DNA from: a virus
Lineage: Duplodnaviria > Caudoviricetes
IMG/VR virus record: IMGVR_UViG_3300047547_000347
Span: 1-46,967 of that record
DNA length: 46,967 bases
Strand: one strand, 5' to 3'
Translations under genes and position numbers: made by a program
Notes under the pieces: generated by a model
Told to the model about the DNA's origin: nothing
Databases searched by the model: none
The model's input: only the letters and a program-made list of their open reading frames with translations
Part shown: one piece after another, positions 8,969 to 18,693 of the stretch
How positions within the stretch are numbered: the stretch's first letter is position 1
How the letters are laid out: each line of letters opens with the position of its first letter

Positions 8969-10577
8969 AGGCGTCGTCAATCCTGACGAATTCCGATACA
9001 GAGATAATTTCGACATCGACCTGACCGGACGGCCTGCTGATCAGTTGGATCGCCTGCAGGCACTGTTCGACCCGTATGCTAAAGAGAAGGGCATGCGGAC
9101 GGTCATTCGAGATTTGTCAGCCTGGATCTCTATCCAGGCTGGTGACCTGCCCAAGATGAAGACGTGCAAGGATGGTGAAGGGATCCTGAAGGCGTACGTC
9201 GCTCGATCCAAACGTCGCCACCTCTACCATACGTCGTCGGGTACGACGGGATCACAGTCACTGCCGTATTACGTGTCGGAGATCAAGTTTCATCCGCCGC
9301 GTGGTCGAGACAGTCCGGCGTACCTGGAACTTGACATGGTCTATTTTGACTGTGGCGAGAAGTGTACGCGGTCTCTGACATGGCGAACGGACGAAGCCCG
9401 CGGTTGCACTCCGATGCAGTTGTTGGCGGAGAGGGGGTACGTGCTGGAGTCCGTCATCCTGCGTGATGACTACGAATACTTCTTGGAAAAGTTTCGTGGG
9501 GTCATTCATGCGGTGGGTGAGCAGTATCTGGGTACCGGCACTGTTGAGTTGGCAGACACCCGATCGTACTGGCGACAATCGATTGTGCTGGATGATGAGC
9601 AAGGTAACCCCGCCAAGGTTGTCGTGGATCTCGTGAACGAAGATGGCACAAAGTCATCTTCCAAGTTGACAAAGATCAACGGTGACTTCTGGTTGTCGGC
9701 TGAGGAGAAGAAGAAGAGGGACGACACAGATTCGGACGAAGCATACGTGCCGTCCTTCGTGCCGGAGGTGCCGACGCATCCGTATGTCATCTGCTTCCAC
9801 CTCAAGAAGCATGAGCGGGTGAAGCTTCACGTCCAGAACATGACGAAGTACGAATACAACTCGAAGGCCAAAGACAACCTGGTGCTGCCGAAGCGTGATG
9901 AGGCACTGCTGGCGGTGCTGTTGGCGGATACCAAACTCAACTTCCAGGATGTGGTGGCTGGTAAGAGCGGCGGTGTGGTGGTGTTGTGTCAAGGGCCTCC
10001 GGGAACAGGCAAGACACTCACTGCTGAGACGTACGCCGAGGGGATGCGGCGTCCGTTATACAACGTGCAATGCTCGCAGCTCGGCTTGACGCCGGAGGCA
10101 CTGGAGAAAGAATTGTTGGTGGTGTTTGCCAGAGCCGCCAGGTGGAATGCGGTGTTGCTGTTGGATGAGGCCGACGTCTACATTCATCAGCGTGGTAGTG
10201 ACCTACATCAGAACGCCATTGTCGGTGTGTTCTTGCGAGTGCTGGAATACTATGACGGTGTGCTGTTCATGACGACCAACCGAGCAGACACAGTCGACGA
10301 CGCCGTACTGTCACGCTGCACGGCACGTATCACTTATGGGGTGCCGCCGGTAGAAGATCAGCGACGCATCTGGGTTCTGTTGACGGCGGCTAATGGCTTG
10401 ACGTTGCAGAAAGAAATTCTCAATGACATTGTCATCCTTCACAATGATCTGTCTGGTAGAGACATCAAGAACTTGGTTAAGCTGTGCATGATGGTGCACA
10501 AGCACACCGGGCGGGCGTTTAATGCGGACCTGGTGAAAGAGATGCGAGTGTTCAAGCCCACATTGGAGAGCAAATGA
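8910..10577 (+). CDS. AAA+ ATPase
   Basis: Walker A GPPGTGKT, Walker B LLLDEAD, sensor-1 MTTNR, arginine finger SR. Confidence 0.92.
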   Translation: MKISVPNAVAEKLKKTLTDEGVVNPDEFRYRDNFDIDLTGRPADQLDRLQALFDPYAKEKGMRTVIRDLSAWISIQAGDLPKMKTCKDGEGILKAYVARSKRRHLYHTSSGTTGSQSLPYYVSEIKFHPPRGRDSPAYLELDMVYFDCGEKCTRSLTWRTDEARGCTPMQLLAERGYVLESVILRDDYEYFLEKFRGVIHAVGEQYLGTGTVELADTRSYWRQSIVLDDEQGNPAKVVVDLVNEDGTKSSSKLTKINGDFWLSAEEKKKRDDTDSDEAYVPSFVPEVPTHPYVICFHLKKHERVKLHVQNMTKYEYNSKAKDNLVLPKRDEALLAVLLADTKLNFQDVVAGKSGGVVVLCQGPPGTGKTLTAETYAEGMRRPLYNVQCSQLGLTPEALEKELLVVFARAARWNAVLLLDEADVYIHQRGSDLHQNAIVGVFLRVLEYYDGVLFMTTNRADTVDDAVLSRCTARITYGVPPVEDQRRIWVLLTAANGLTLQKEILNDIVILHNDLSGRDIKNLVKLCMMVHKHTGRAFNADLVKEMRVFKPTLESK

Positions 10578-10807
10578 AGATTTTATTTCTGACGATTGCG
10601 GTGTTGAGTGCATTGGTCGGGATCTTCGAAATCGGTGAGGTGACATCGCCTACTCGGCATGAGTGTGGATTTTGCGACGCTGTGTTTGAGATTAAGGGCG
10701 CCAAGAAAGTGCTCGACGGCGAAGCGGCGGACTGCTGGGACTTTACGTGTCCTAATTGCAAGGTCCTCAACAGTCGTTGGACGTCGCCGGACGAGACACT
10801 GCCGTAG
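10574..10807 (+). CDS. small zinc-ribbon protein with N-terminal hydrophobic segment
   Basis: CGFC...CPNC; ATGA overlap. Confidence 0.6.
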   Translation: MKILFLTIAVLSALVGIFEIGEVTSPTRHECGFCDAVFEIKGAKKVLDGEAADCWDFTCPNCKVLNSRWTSPDETLP

Positions 10808-10908
10808 AGAGGGTGTGCAGCGGTATACAATGGAAATGCTCGGCGTGGTGTGATTCCTCTATCTCTTATAATCCATTTGAGGTAGGAAAACCCACGCCGG
10901 GCACTTTT

Positions 10909-11337
10909 ATGAAAGACACTGCGATGCACATCAGCGAGTTCAGCTACATCAATCGGCAGCGGTGTGAATCGCCGAATGGATTCAATCACACACTCAATAG
11001 TTGGTCGGGGTCCGATTGGTTGACTGCACTCGTTGGTGAAATTGGTGAGGCGGCGAATGTGATGAAGAAGCTGAATCGCATTCGTGACGGCATCCCAGGA
11101 AATAAAGAGGGTGAGGACGAAGAAGCCCTCACGGCGAAGTTGCATCGGGAGTTCGCAGATGCCTACATCTATCTCGATCTGTTGATGCAGTCGTACGGGA
11201 TCGTTCCTGAGATGGCGGTCCTCAATAAGTTCAATGAAACATCACAGTCCATCGGTTACGAGAGGAGCAGAGATGCGAAACAGACAGACAGTCAGCGATT
11301 GGGAACGCCGGCAGCTACTCAAGGCCGGTTGGCATGA
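10909..11337 (+). CDS. MazG-like NTP pyrophosphohydrolase
   Basis: ALVGEIGEAANVMKK...REFAD..IYL (ExxE...ExxD). Start may be 10924. Confidence 0.85.
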   Translation: MKDTAMHISEFSYINRQRCESPNGFNHTLNSWSGSDWLTALVGEIGEAANVMKKLNRIRDGIPGNKEGEDEEALTAKLHREFADAYIYLDLLMQSYGIVPEMAVLNKFNETSQSIGYERSRDAKQTDSQRLGTPAATQGRLA

Positions 11338-11677
11338 GCACACCAGTGACGGTCGCTGGAGTAAGGGCACCAGCCGCCGTCGCCTGCGTAAGCTCGACGC
11401 ACTGATCAAGGAGGGTGTGCGGGCGGCTGTTGTGGCACCTGTGGTGACCGGAAATGATCTGCGACTGCCGACCGGTCCCACGCATGCTGGCGGCACGGAC
11501 GTGCGGCTGTCGCTGGCTGAGCTGTGCAATCGCAAGCGGCATCGCGTTAAGGACAAGAAGCCGCGTGGCAAGGATGCGGTTGCTGCAAACAAGCGGCGGA
11601 AGAAGCGAGTCCGCATCAAGCCGATCCATCCGCATTCCAAGACGCGACGAAAGCATGCCGTCACTGCACCGGAGTAG
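11273..11677 (+). CDS. basic hypothetical protein
   Basis: GAGGAG RBS; Arg/Lys-rich. Confidence 0.55.
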   Translation: MRNRQTVSDWERRQLLKAGWHEHTSDGRWSKGTSRRRLRKLDALIKEGVRAAVVAPVVTGNDLRLPTGPTHAGGTDVRLSLAELCNRKRHRVKDKKPRGKDAVAANKRRKKRVRIKPIHPHSKTRRKHAVTAPE

Positions 11678-11684
11678 TTTACCG

Positions 11685-12008
11685 ATGTGGAAGTACACCC
11701 CGACTGGTTTCGATGTCATCGTTGCTGAGTGTGATAGGTGTCACGCAAAAGCCGTGTTTGAGAGTATCGGTAGGGTGGTCGATCATCCGCTCTTTGATTT
11801 CGGTCCTGGTGTGCTGGTAGTCGGCGGATTGTTTTTGACAAAGGATGGTTACAGTCCGCCGACTATCTACTTCAAGGTTTACGATTTGAGTGGCAACGGG
11901 ACATGGGAGCGAGGTAGTTGTGATTGTCCTGTGCACCGGCACGTGAGGATCAACGATACACGAGGTTTGGTGGACTTGTCTGAGATCGAGTTCAAAGAGG
12001 TGGGGTGA
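11685..12008 (+). CDS. hypothetical protein, Cys/His motifs
   Basis: GGAG upstream; CDRC...CDCPVH. Confidence 0.55.
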   Translation: MWKYTPTGFDVIVAECDRCHAKAVFESIGRVVDHPLFDFGPGVLVVGGLFLTKDGYSPPTIYFKVYDLSGNGTWERGSCDCPVHRHVRINDTRGLVDLSEIEFKEVG

Positions 12009-12211
12009 TGGCTTACGACCTTCGCGTTCACCGAGTAGAGACTGGTGTTTGGAAGAGGAGGTATCGGTACCAGGCGTGGGTGGATGGGGAGTTCGTAGGC
12101 GAGTACCCGACCAAGAAAGAAGCCACAGAGAAGGGATACGTTCGAGTGTGCAATAACGCCGAACGCGACGCTGCACTGTCCGTGGAAATCAGTGAGGAGC
12201 ATGGATTGTGA
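12005..12211 (+). CDS. hypothetical protein
   Basis: GAGG RBS, GTGA overlap. Confidence 0.55.
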   Translation: MMAYDLRVHRVETGVWKRRYRYQAWVDGEFVGEYPTKKEATEKGYVRVCNNAERDAALSVEISEEHGL

Positions 12212-12258
12212 ATACTGTGGCTTGAAGTCGCCTGCTGCGACTGTGTAACGTGCCTGCT

Positions 12259-13848
12259 ATGGCACGAAGAACACCTGAAGAACTAGACGCGGAAGAAGCA
12301 CGAGTACTCGCCGCCTATCGAAAGTTGGCGGCGAGAGACTTTATGGTCTTTGTCCGCGGGCTGAAGATTGCCGGGCAGCGGGGACCTGCTGTCTTTGAGA
12401 GTGTCGCTACACCGATGCAGCTCGAGGTCTTTCAAGACATCGCTTCATCGCTGCATGCTCTACGCGATGGTCAGATGCCTGAATGGCCTCGGTGGTGGAT
12501 CGAGCGAACCAAGAAGGCTTCCAAGGACGCAGATCTCGCTGTCATCATTCTGTGGCTCATCGCTTTCGCAGAACGTCCTTTCTACGCCCAGGTAGGGGCC
12601 GGTGACAGAGACCAAGCCGGCATCGTGAAAGAGCGTATCAGTGTGCTGCTGCATCTCAATCCGTGGCTCACGGAATATGTCGAGATGGTGCAATGGCACA
12701 TCAAGAGCAAGCAGCTGATGGTGAGTGGTGCTCCGATGGCCCACCTCGACATCATGGCGTCAGACATTGGCGGTGCACACGGCGGTACTCCCGATCTGCT
12801 AGTCGTCAACGAATTGACCCACATCACGAAGTGGGAGTTCGTGCAGAACTTGATGGACAATGCGGACGGTGTTGCTCAAGGTATGGTGATCGTAGCCACC
12901 AACGCCGGCTACAAAGGTACGCAGGCTGAGGTGTGGCGTAAGAATGCGTTGGCTGGCAAGCGGTGGCGTGTGCACATCTGGGACAAGCCCGCGCCGTGGC
13001 ACAATCAAGCAGCGATTGAAGACGCCAAGACACGTGAGATTAGTAAATCACGATTCAATCGATTGTGGTGGGGTAAGTGGGCGAGCGGGAAAGGAGATGC
13101 ACTTAGCGAAGATGCCATCGATGCAGTGTTCAATCAGAAGGGTTGGAAGGAGCTGGTGTACCCGATTAAGGGGTACCACTATGTGGCGGGTTTGGACATC
13201 GGTGTGCATCACGATCACTGCGGTTTCGTGGTATTGGGAGTCCATCCGCGACGTGGTGTGATTGATGTGGCGTGCCTGCGTGCATGGGAGCCTGGTCCCA
13301 AGGGTGCTGTGCAGCTACCACTGGTAGAAGCTGCTGTGACTGCACTGTGCACTTTGTTTCATGTCAAAGGAATGTTCTACGACCCGCATCAAGCGATTTT
13401 GATGGCACAGCGGATGCAGTCTGTCATCCCGTGCTATCCACTGCCGTTCACGACCACCAACCTCAATAAGATGTGCAACTGTTTTATTCAGGTGGTGGAA
13501 GGTCGGCAGTTGCGATCGTTTGACATCGAGGACGGACGACTGCGACGTGATTTTGGGAAGTTCAACATCGTTGAGAAGTCCTACGGCTATCGACTGGAGG
13601 CGTTACGTGATGCTTCTGGGCACGCCGACGTTGGTACCGCACTGCTGATTGCTCTGCCTGCTGCTGTAGATTTGATGAATGGACTCAGCTTCAGTCCGGA
13701 TGACGAACTGATGGAAGCATACCAGGAGGATTTGACAGAGAAGGAGATTGCAGAGCTGCCTGACGAGCTTCGCGACATCTATGAAATGGGCGAAGCCGAT
13801 GAACTGGAAGCCCTCTATAAGCGGCGTCCAGATTATGTGGGTGCGTGA
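12259..13848 (+). CDS. terL: terminase large subunit
   Basis: Q-motif region, variant Walker A ERTKKASKD, A.DRDQA, variant Walker B LLVVNE, coupling motif ATNAG, RNase H-like GLDIG..HD, YDP, HADVGTA. Confidence 0.85.
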   Translation: MARRTPEELDAEEARVLAAYRKLAARDFMVFVRGLKIAGQRGPAVFESVATPMQLEVFQDIASSLHALRDGQMPEWPRWWIERTKKASKDADLAVIILWLIAFAERPFYAQVGAGDRDQAGIVKERISVLLHLNPWLTEYVEMVQWHIKSKQLMVSGAPMAHLDIMASDIGGAHGGTPDLLVVNELTHITKWEFVQNLMDNADGVAQGMVIVATNAGYKGTQAEVWRKNALAGKRWRVHIWDKPAPWHNQAAIEDAKTREISKSRFNRLWWGKWASGKGDALSEDAIDAVFNQKGWKELVYPIKGYHYVAGLDIGVHHDHCGFVVLGVHPRRGVIDVACLRAWEPGPKGAVQLPLVEAAVTALCTLFHVKGMFYDPHQAILMAQRMQSVIPCYPLPFTTTNLNKMCNCFIQVVEGRQLRSFDIEDGRLRRDFGKFNIVEKSYGYRLEALRDASGHADVGTALLIALPAAVDLMNGLSFSPDDELMEAYQEDLTEKEIAELPDELRDIYEMGEADELEALYKRRPDYVGA

Positions 13849-13928
13849 TGGCTTGTTGATTCCACATCTTCGCCTACCGTAAAGGACAACGCGGTGCCGC
13901 CTTCGAAGAAAGGCGTCTGGCCTTCTTT

Positions 13929-14270
13929 ATGAACGAATTCGGGAGGCACTCATTGACCCCATTTCAGGCGTTGGCTTCTTGCTTTGCAATCAGCTCATTT
14001 GCAGGGCTGGCAGCACTCCTTCGATCAAATACACCTCTCACTCTTCGTGCGATTTTATCGGCGACAACGTACAGCGGAGCTATGGGCCTGATTATCGGGC
14101 TGCTGTGGTACACCGAGTACGGTGAGAAGAATCCATACCTCATGTTGGGTGTCGCAGGACTCGCCGGCATTGGCGGTGTGACAGTGATTGATCTGGCTGT
14201 CATTGCGTTCAAGAAGAGCGGGATTACATTCAAAATCGTAAAAGCGGATGAAGAAGAGGCAAATCCCTAA
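13929..14270 (+). CDS. putative holin (LydA-like, about 3 TM segments)
   Basis: 113 aa, three Gly-rich hydrophobic segments, charged C-terminus. Confidence 0.65.
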   Translation: MNEFGRHSLTPFQALASCFAISSFAGLAALLRSNTPLTLRAILSATTYSGAMGLIIGLLWYTEYGEKNPYLMLGVAGLAGIGGVTVIDLAVIAFKKSGITFKIVKADEEEANP

Positions 14271-14911
14271 TGGTACAAGAACGCCACGCCCGAAATTGGT
14301 TGTCTGCTGTGTTGTTGGTGATTTGTGCTGTCTTGATTGGTGTGCTGGGGACTGAAGCCAAGAAGCAGAAAGATCGAGCACAGATTGCGGATGGGCGGCG
14401 AGCGAGAGCTGATGCTGCTGCGGTTGATGCCAGCTATCGACGTGACTTGGCTCTACGGCGGGCTCATCTCATTATTGAGTCCAGCGATGTTGCTATCATC
14501 GTTTGCGATAAGGAGGGCATCATCATCGCTTGCAATGCAGCAGCAGAAGTGCTGTTGGGTTGGGATCATAAGGAGGTGGTAGGCCGGCACTCATCGTTGT
14601 TCGTGCCGGAAGCTTATCGCGAGCGGCATATCAAGGGTCTGGAAAGAGCCTGTAAAGCCCTGGAAGAGTATGAGGGTGATTGGCGGTTGACCAGTGATAG
14701 AAGAGTACTGACAGCCCTCAAGAAGGATGGTACGGAGGCGGAGTTTGTGGCGTCAGTGCGAGCCATTAAGTATGGAGAGAATATAGATTTCATTCTGACG
14801 CTGACACCGAATGCACCTCCAAAAGAGGGGCCATTGATGTTGCGGAGCCCTCAACCGTTGTCAACAATTGAGCATGGCAACCTGCTGGAGTATTCTGCTC
14901 CTAGAAGGTAG
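14270..14911 (+). CDS. membrane-anchored stand-alone PAS domain protein (FixL-like)
   Basis: N-terminal TM helix, helical linker, PAS: AIIVCDKEGIIIACNAAAEVLLGW...VVGR..LFVPEAYRERH...LTALKKDGT. No output domain. Confidence 0.88.
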   Translation: MVQERHARNWLSAVLLVICAVLIGVLGTEAKKQKDRAQIADGRRARADAAAVDASYRRDLALRRAHLIIESSDVAIIVCDKEGIIIACNAAAEVLLGWDHKEVVGRHSSLFVPEAYRERHIKGLERACKALEEYEGDWRLTSDRRVLTALKKDGTEAEFVASVRAIKYGENIDFILTLTPNAPPKEGPLMLRSPQPLSTIEHGNLLEYSAPRR

Positions 14912-14951
14912 TGGCGGGCTTTCACAATCCTGTTTGAGAGGAAGAGGAACG

Positions 14952-15179
14952 ATGACACGTGACGACATTGCTGCGGAACTGAATGGTGTTCGAGGTGCAG
15001 GCTTTGCCGCATCGGCGGATTATGAAGCGGCTGTTGATCAGGTAGCCGTGGCACACGCCGCCGGCGTCAGTGGGATCGTTGAGATCCTGACTCTGGTCAA
15101 GCTGCTGCTGCCGTTCTTCCAGGACAACCTGCCGGCGTTGATCGATCTGCTGAGCAAGCTGTTTGCGCCGAAGACGTAG
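14952..15179 (+). CDS. small amphipathic protein
   Basis: GAGG RBS; hydrophobic C-terminal helices. Confidence 0.65.
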   Translation: MTRDDIAAELNGVRGAGFAASADYEAAVDQVAVAHAAGVSGIVEILTLVKLLLPFFQDNLPALIDLLSKLFAPKT

Positions 15180-15203
15180 ACAACGGAAGCGAGATGTCCC
15201 GGT

Positions 15204-15252
15204 GCCGGTGTGGTGAGCTCCCCAAAGTTTCCACCACACCGGCCTCTTTCTT
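15204..15252 (+). terminator. Rho-independent terminator-like hairpin
   Basis: GCCGGTGTGGTG / CACCACACCGGC 12-bp stem followed by CTCTTTCTT. Confidence 0.65.
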
Positions 15253-15280
15253 GCACTGAACAAACGTGGCGAAACCTCCA

Positions 15281-16453
15281 ATGAATATCTTTCTGTTGGC
15301 ACTGCTGTGGGGTGGCCCGTTATTCGGGCAAGTTGACGATACGGCTGATTGGCGACCAGTCCCGACGATTGCAGTCGCCGCTGATGAGGTGTCGGCTGAC
15401 GCACCAAAAGCCAGCATCACTATGTTGGACGGTGAACCCGTCCCGACGACGGTGAAGCCGAACACGGTGTTGTTCTTTTCGTCGGCCGATGCAGTGTCCG
15501 CGGGCAAGAAGGGATCCATCCTTTGGATCGTATCTCCGGACACGATTGCGAAAAAGAGCCGTCGCCTGGAATTGGCGGGGGCTTCTGTGTTGGTCGTGGA
15601 GGTGGGACCCGATCAGTACATCTTGACTGTGCACCAAGTCGCTATCAGCAAGGGCGGCGAAGGTGATGTACAGACGATCACGATACCGGTACGCACGGAC
15701 GGCCCACCGCCTGACCCCGATGTGGATCCCACGCCGATACCGATCAATGAATCGTTGACAGACTTCCTCAAGCGGGAAGTCTCTGCCGTTGTGAAAGATG
15801 CAGCAGCGAAAGAAGCGTACGAAGGCATCGCCAATGCGTACCAGAGCATCGCAGATACACCGCTGTCGAGTGTTGAGGCGATTGAAGGGTCGACGAAAGT
15901 CGTAGTGGATGCCGCAGCGAAGTCGGTGAAAACTTCTTGGGCTGGCATTCAGACGAAGCTTGATCAACGGCTAGCCTCACTCAAGACGACAGGTAAGCTG
16001 GCGACGGTTACGGATTATGTGGCGACGTGGAAAGAGATTGCCGGCGGTATTCGTGCCGGGCTTGGGCCGCAGCCGCCACCTGACCCGGATGTCGATCCAG
16101 AGCCTGACGTTGATCCTGACGTCAACCCGTTACCTACTCCTGGTCTCCATGTGTTGTTGATCTACGAGCAGGACGATATCACCAACGGCACAATGCCGCC
16201 CGCACAGGCAGGTATTCTTACATCGGTACCGTTTCGTGAAACACTGCAACGCCTAGGCGCCAAGTGGAAAGCGTACGACGACGATACGACGCTGCCGTCT
16301 GACACTGAGAAGGTGTGGCGGGATGCTTTTGCTCTGCCCAGGACGAGCGTGCCGTGGGTGTTTATCAGCAACGGTACCAAAGGCTATCGCGGCCCTTGGC
16401 CGGCGAATGCTGAGGAGGCCACCAGGCTTGTCGAAAAGTACAAACTCAATTGA
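15281..16453 (+). CDS. exported multidomain protein with Pro/Asp linkers
   Basis: Signal-peptide-like N-terminus; PPPDPDVDP linkers separate three domains. Confidence 0.75.
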   Translation: MNIFLLALLWGGPLFGQVDDTADWRPVPTIAVAADEVSADAPKASITMLDGEPVPTTVKPNTVLFFSSADAVSAGKKGSILWIVSPDTIAKKSRRLELAGASVLVVEVGPDQYILTVHQVAISKGGEGDVQTITIPVRTDGPPPDPDVDPTPIPINESLTDFLKREVSAVVKDAAAKEAYEGIANAYQSIADTPLSSVEAIEGSTKVVVDAAAKSVKTSWAGIQTKLDQRLASLKTTGKLATVTDYVATWKEIAGGIRAGLGPQPPPDPDVDPEPDVDPDVNPLPTPGLHVLLIYEQDDITNGTMPPAQAGILTSVPFRETLQRLGAKWKAYDDDTTLPSDTEKVWRDAFALPRTSVPWVFISNGTKGYRGPWPANAEEATRLVEKYKLN

Positions 16454-16725
16454 GATTATCTGTCGAGAGCAAAGAAGCGATCCAAAGACTCCAAGCCGTC
16501 CAGCCGAAACTCGGGGATGGTGATGAGTCGAAGTGTCTACCCGGTTGGATAGACACCTTTGTGCGGAAATTCAATTATGGTGAAGGGTACGAGCTAACTC
16601 ACAACGCAGTGAGTAACCTGTGCCATACGCTTATCGCTGCTAAGATCCGGACTGATCGGTTGGTTCGGGAACGTGATGCTGCACTTGCCAAAATCGAGGA
16701 ACTGACCAATGGCGTTTCAAAGTAA
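16450..16725 (+). CDS. hypothetical protein
   Basis: TTGA overlap; fills the gap. Confidence 0.55.
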   Translation: MRLSVESKEAIQRLQAVQPKLGDGDESKCLPGWIDTFVRKFNYGEGYELTHNAVSNLCHTLIAAKIRTDRLVRERDAALAKIEELTNGVSK

Positions 16726-17563
16726 TATCGGCGGCTGTCCGATCATCGACGACGACAATGCACATGAGTTCTTCGACCCGAAGGTGGACGGCGAACGGGT
16801 GTGCAAGGGACGGATGCCGCGTGACTTTACTCGCGAGCCTCTTGGGTCTCTCGGTTTCGCTGCCCCCTTCAAAGACAAGGTGAAGTTGATCCCACGTAGT
16901 GATTGGGATTTGCTCATCAAGGAGAAGCAGGAACGCCGTGAACGCATCAAGGACATGTTTGACTTTCACAAGATGAGAGTCAAAAACCAGGGCCAGACGA
17001 ATTACTGCTGGATTAACGCCCCGGTGCATGCGATTGAGTTGGCTCGCACCAAAGCCAACCAAGAGTATGTGGAGCTGTCGCCGGCGTCGGCAGGAGCGAT
17101 GATCAAGCGGGGAGCCAATGTCGGAGGCTGGGGGACAGAAGGTGTCCGCTGGCTGGCTGAGCACGGTCCCGTCCCGTCATCGATGTGGGGCAATAATCAG
17201 TTGTCCGGTTGGCGGGAGTTGGATGCCAAGTACGGCGCCGAGCGAGCGAAGTATCGCGTTGAAGACTGGATTGAACTCACGCCCAGGAACTTCGACCAAG
17301 TCGCATCGCTGTTGCTGTACGGCATCCCGGTGTGTGTCGGTCTCAATTGGTGGGGACACGAAGTCACGCTGTGGGATTTGGTGAAGTTGGATGGCACTGG
17401 ACGGTACGGTGCCTACTTCGGCAATAGTTGGGGACCTTCTTGGGGCGATAACGGTCAGGGGGTGTTGACGGAATCCAAGGCCACACAGGATGACGGTGTG
17501 TCGCCGATCGTTGTTGTGGGCGGTGACGTGAAGAAGTTGTTGACGCCGTCCCTGTCGCTGTAA
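16709..17563 (+). CDS. papain-family (C1) cysteine peptidase
   Basis: VKNQGQTNYCW (Gln oxyanion, catalytic Cys), WWGHEV (His), NSWGPSWGDNG (Asn). Confidence 0.92.
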   Translation: MAFQSNIGGCPIIDDDNAHEFFDPKVDGERVCKGRMPRDFTREPLGSLGFAAPFKDKVKLIPRSDWDLLIKEKQERRERIKDMFDFHKMRVKNQGQTNYCWINAPVHAIELARTKANQEYVELSPASAGAMIKRGANVGGWGTEGVRWLAEHGPVPSSMWGNNQLSGWRELDAKYGAERAKYRVEDWIELTPRNFDQVASLLLYGIPVCVGLNWWGHEVTLWDLVKLDGTGRYGAYFGNSWGPSWGDNGQGVLTESKATQDDGVSPIVVVGGDVKKLLTPSLSL

Positions 17564-17575
17564 AAGAGGTTTGTC

Positions 17576-18523
17576 ATGCTGCGATGTGTCTGTACTTTCC
17601 TGTTGCTCACTCAGATTGCCGGTGCTCAGGACTTCCAATGGAAGTTCGAAGATGAGCAGTCGCCGGCATTCAAGTGGGCACTGACGGATGACGGGGACCA
17701 CCGCGAGAAGACAGTGGTCGATCCGCTTGACTGTGTCTTCAAATTCCAGATCGGTCGGTTTCTGGGCTCATGTGTGCACATCGGCGAAGGGTTTTTCTTG
17801 ACTTGCGATCATGTGATTGCGAGAGCACCTGATCAGCCCGTGAGAATCGATGATGTTGCAGCGGACGTCAAGTCAATCAACCGGTCGAAGAATGGTGACC
17901 TGGCGATCGTGCACTGCCCAAGTATGGCCCACCTACAGTTCGCACCGTACAGCGTCAGGCCGGTGGTTGCTGGTACCCCGTTAGTGTTTGCGGGGCGTTA
18001 TACCAAGCGGTCGGCGGGGTTGGCAAACGGTATGCGGTACACCCGTGGTGTGGTGCAGGTGGATCTCGCTGCCGGAGAACCGTGCACCCGTGAAGGTGAT
18101 AGCGGTGGTGGGGCCTTCGATACTGATGGTAATTGTGTTGGCGTGTTGTTCAGCTATCTGGAGGGTCGGACAGGTATTCTGATTAGTCCACTCGCCATTT
18201 CGAAAGATGTGCTTCTTGATAAGGAGGCGGCTGTAGCAGTCACCGCTGAGGAGAAGCCTACAGCAGACCATGGGTATCTGTTCACTGCGACATGGTGTGG
18301 ACCGTGTCAGACTGTGCATGCGAAAATCCTGCCTGGTGTGAAGCAGAAGTTGAAGGATAAAGGTTGGAACCTCGAAACTCAGTTTCAAGAGATTGATACC
18401 GACCAGCATCCTGATCTGGTGACAAAATTCAACATCAAGAAGATCCCGTGCTGGGTATTTGTGGACGCTGATGGAGAAGAAGTGTCCAGATTTGTCGGAG
18501 TCAGCGAACCGGCATTGCCATGA
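17576..18523 (+). CDS. exported trypsin-like serine protease fused to thioredoxin domain
   Basis: Signal peptide; LTCDHV, DLAIV, GDSGGG triad; C-terminal ATWCGPC...IP. Confidence 0.9.
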   Translation: MLRCVCTFLLLTQIAGAQDFQWKFEDEQSPAFKWALTDDGDHREKTVVDPLDCVFKFQIGRFLGSCVHIGEGFFLTCDHVIARAPDQPVRIDDVAADVKSINRSKNGDLAIVHCPSMAHLQFAPYSVRPVVAGTPLVFAGRYTKRSAGLANGMRYTRGVVQVDLAAGEPCTREGDSGGGAFDTDGNCVGVLFSYLEGRTGILISPLAISKDVLLDKEAAVAVTAEEKPTADHGYLFTATWCGPCQTVHAKILPGVKQKLKDKGWNLETQFQEIDTDQHPDLVTKFNIKKIPCWVFVDADGEEVSRFVGVSEPALP

Positions 18524-18693
18524 CCGCAGAAGAAGTTACTGTTCGACAAGTGGTGCAAGAGATGATGCAGCACGAGCCACGACCTAGTCGAATGGTGATT
18601 GAGCAGGCAGTACACAAGCGGGCAGGACTTTTGGGTCGAGCGGATTGGTGGCGTGTGCAAGAACTGTTGGACAAGGTATTAGGAGAAAGATGA
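18520..18693 (+). CDS. hypothetical protein (57 aa)
   Basis: ATGA overlaps at both ends; MTAEEVTVRQVVQEMM... Confidence 0.55.
   Translation: MTAEEVTVRQVVQEMMQHEPRPSRMVIEQAVHKRAGLLGRADWWRVQELLDKVLGER

Noticed and set aside
10840-10872. TATAAT at 10867 as a promoter
   Set aside because: Perfect -10 but no plausible -35 or extended -10 TG; insufficient support.
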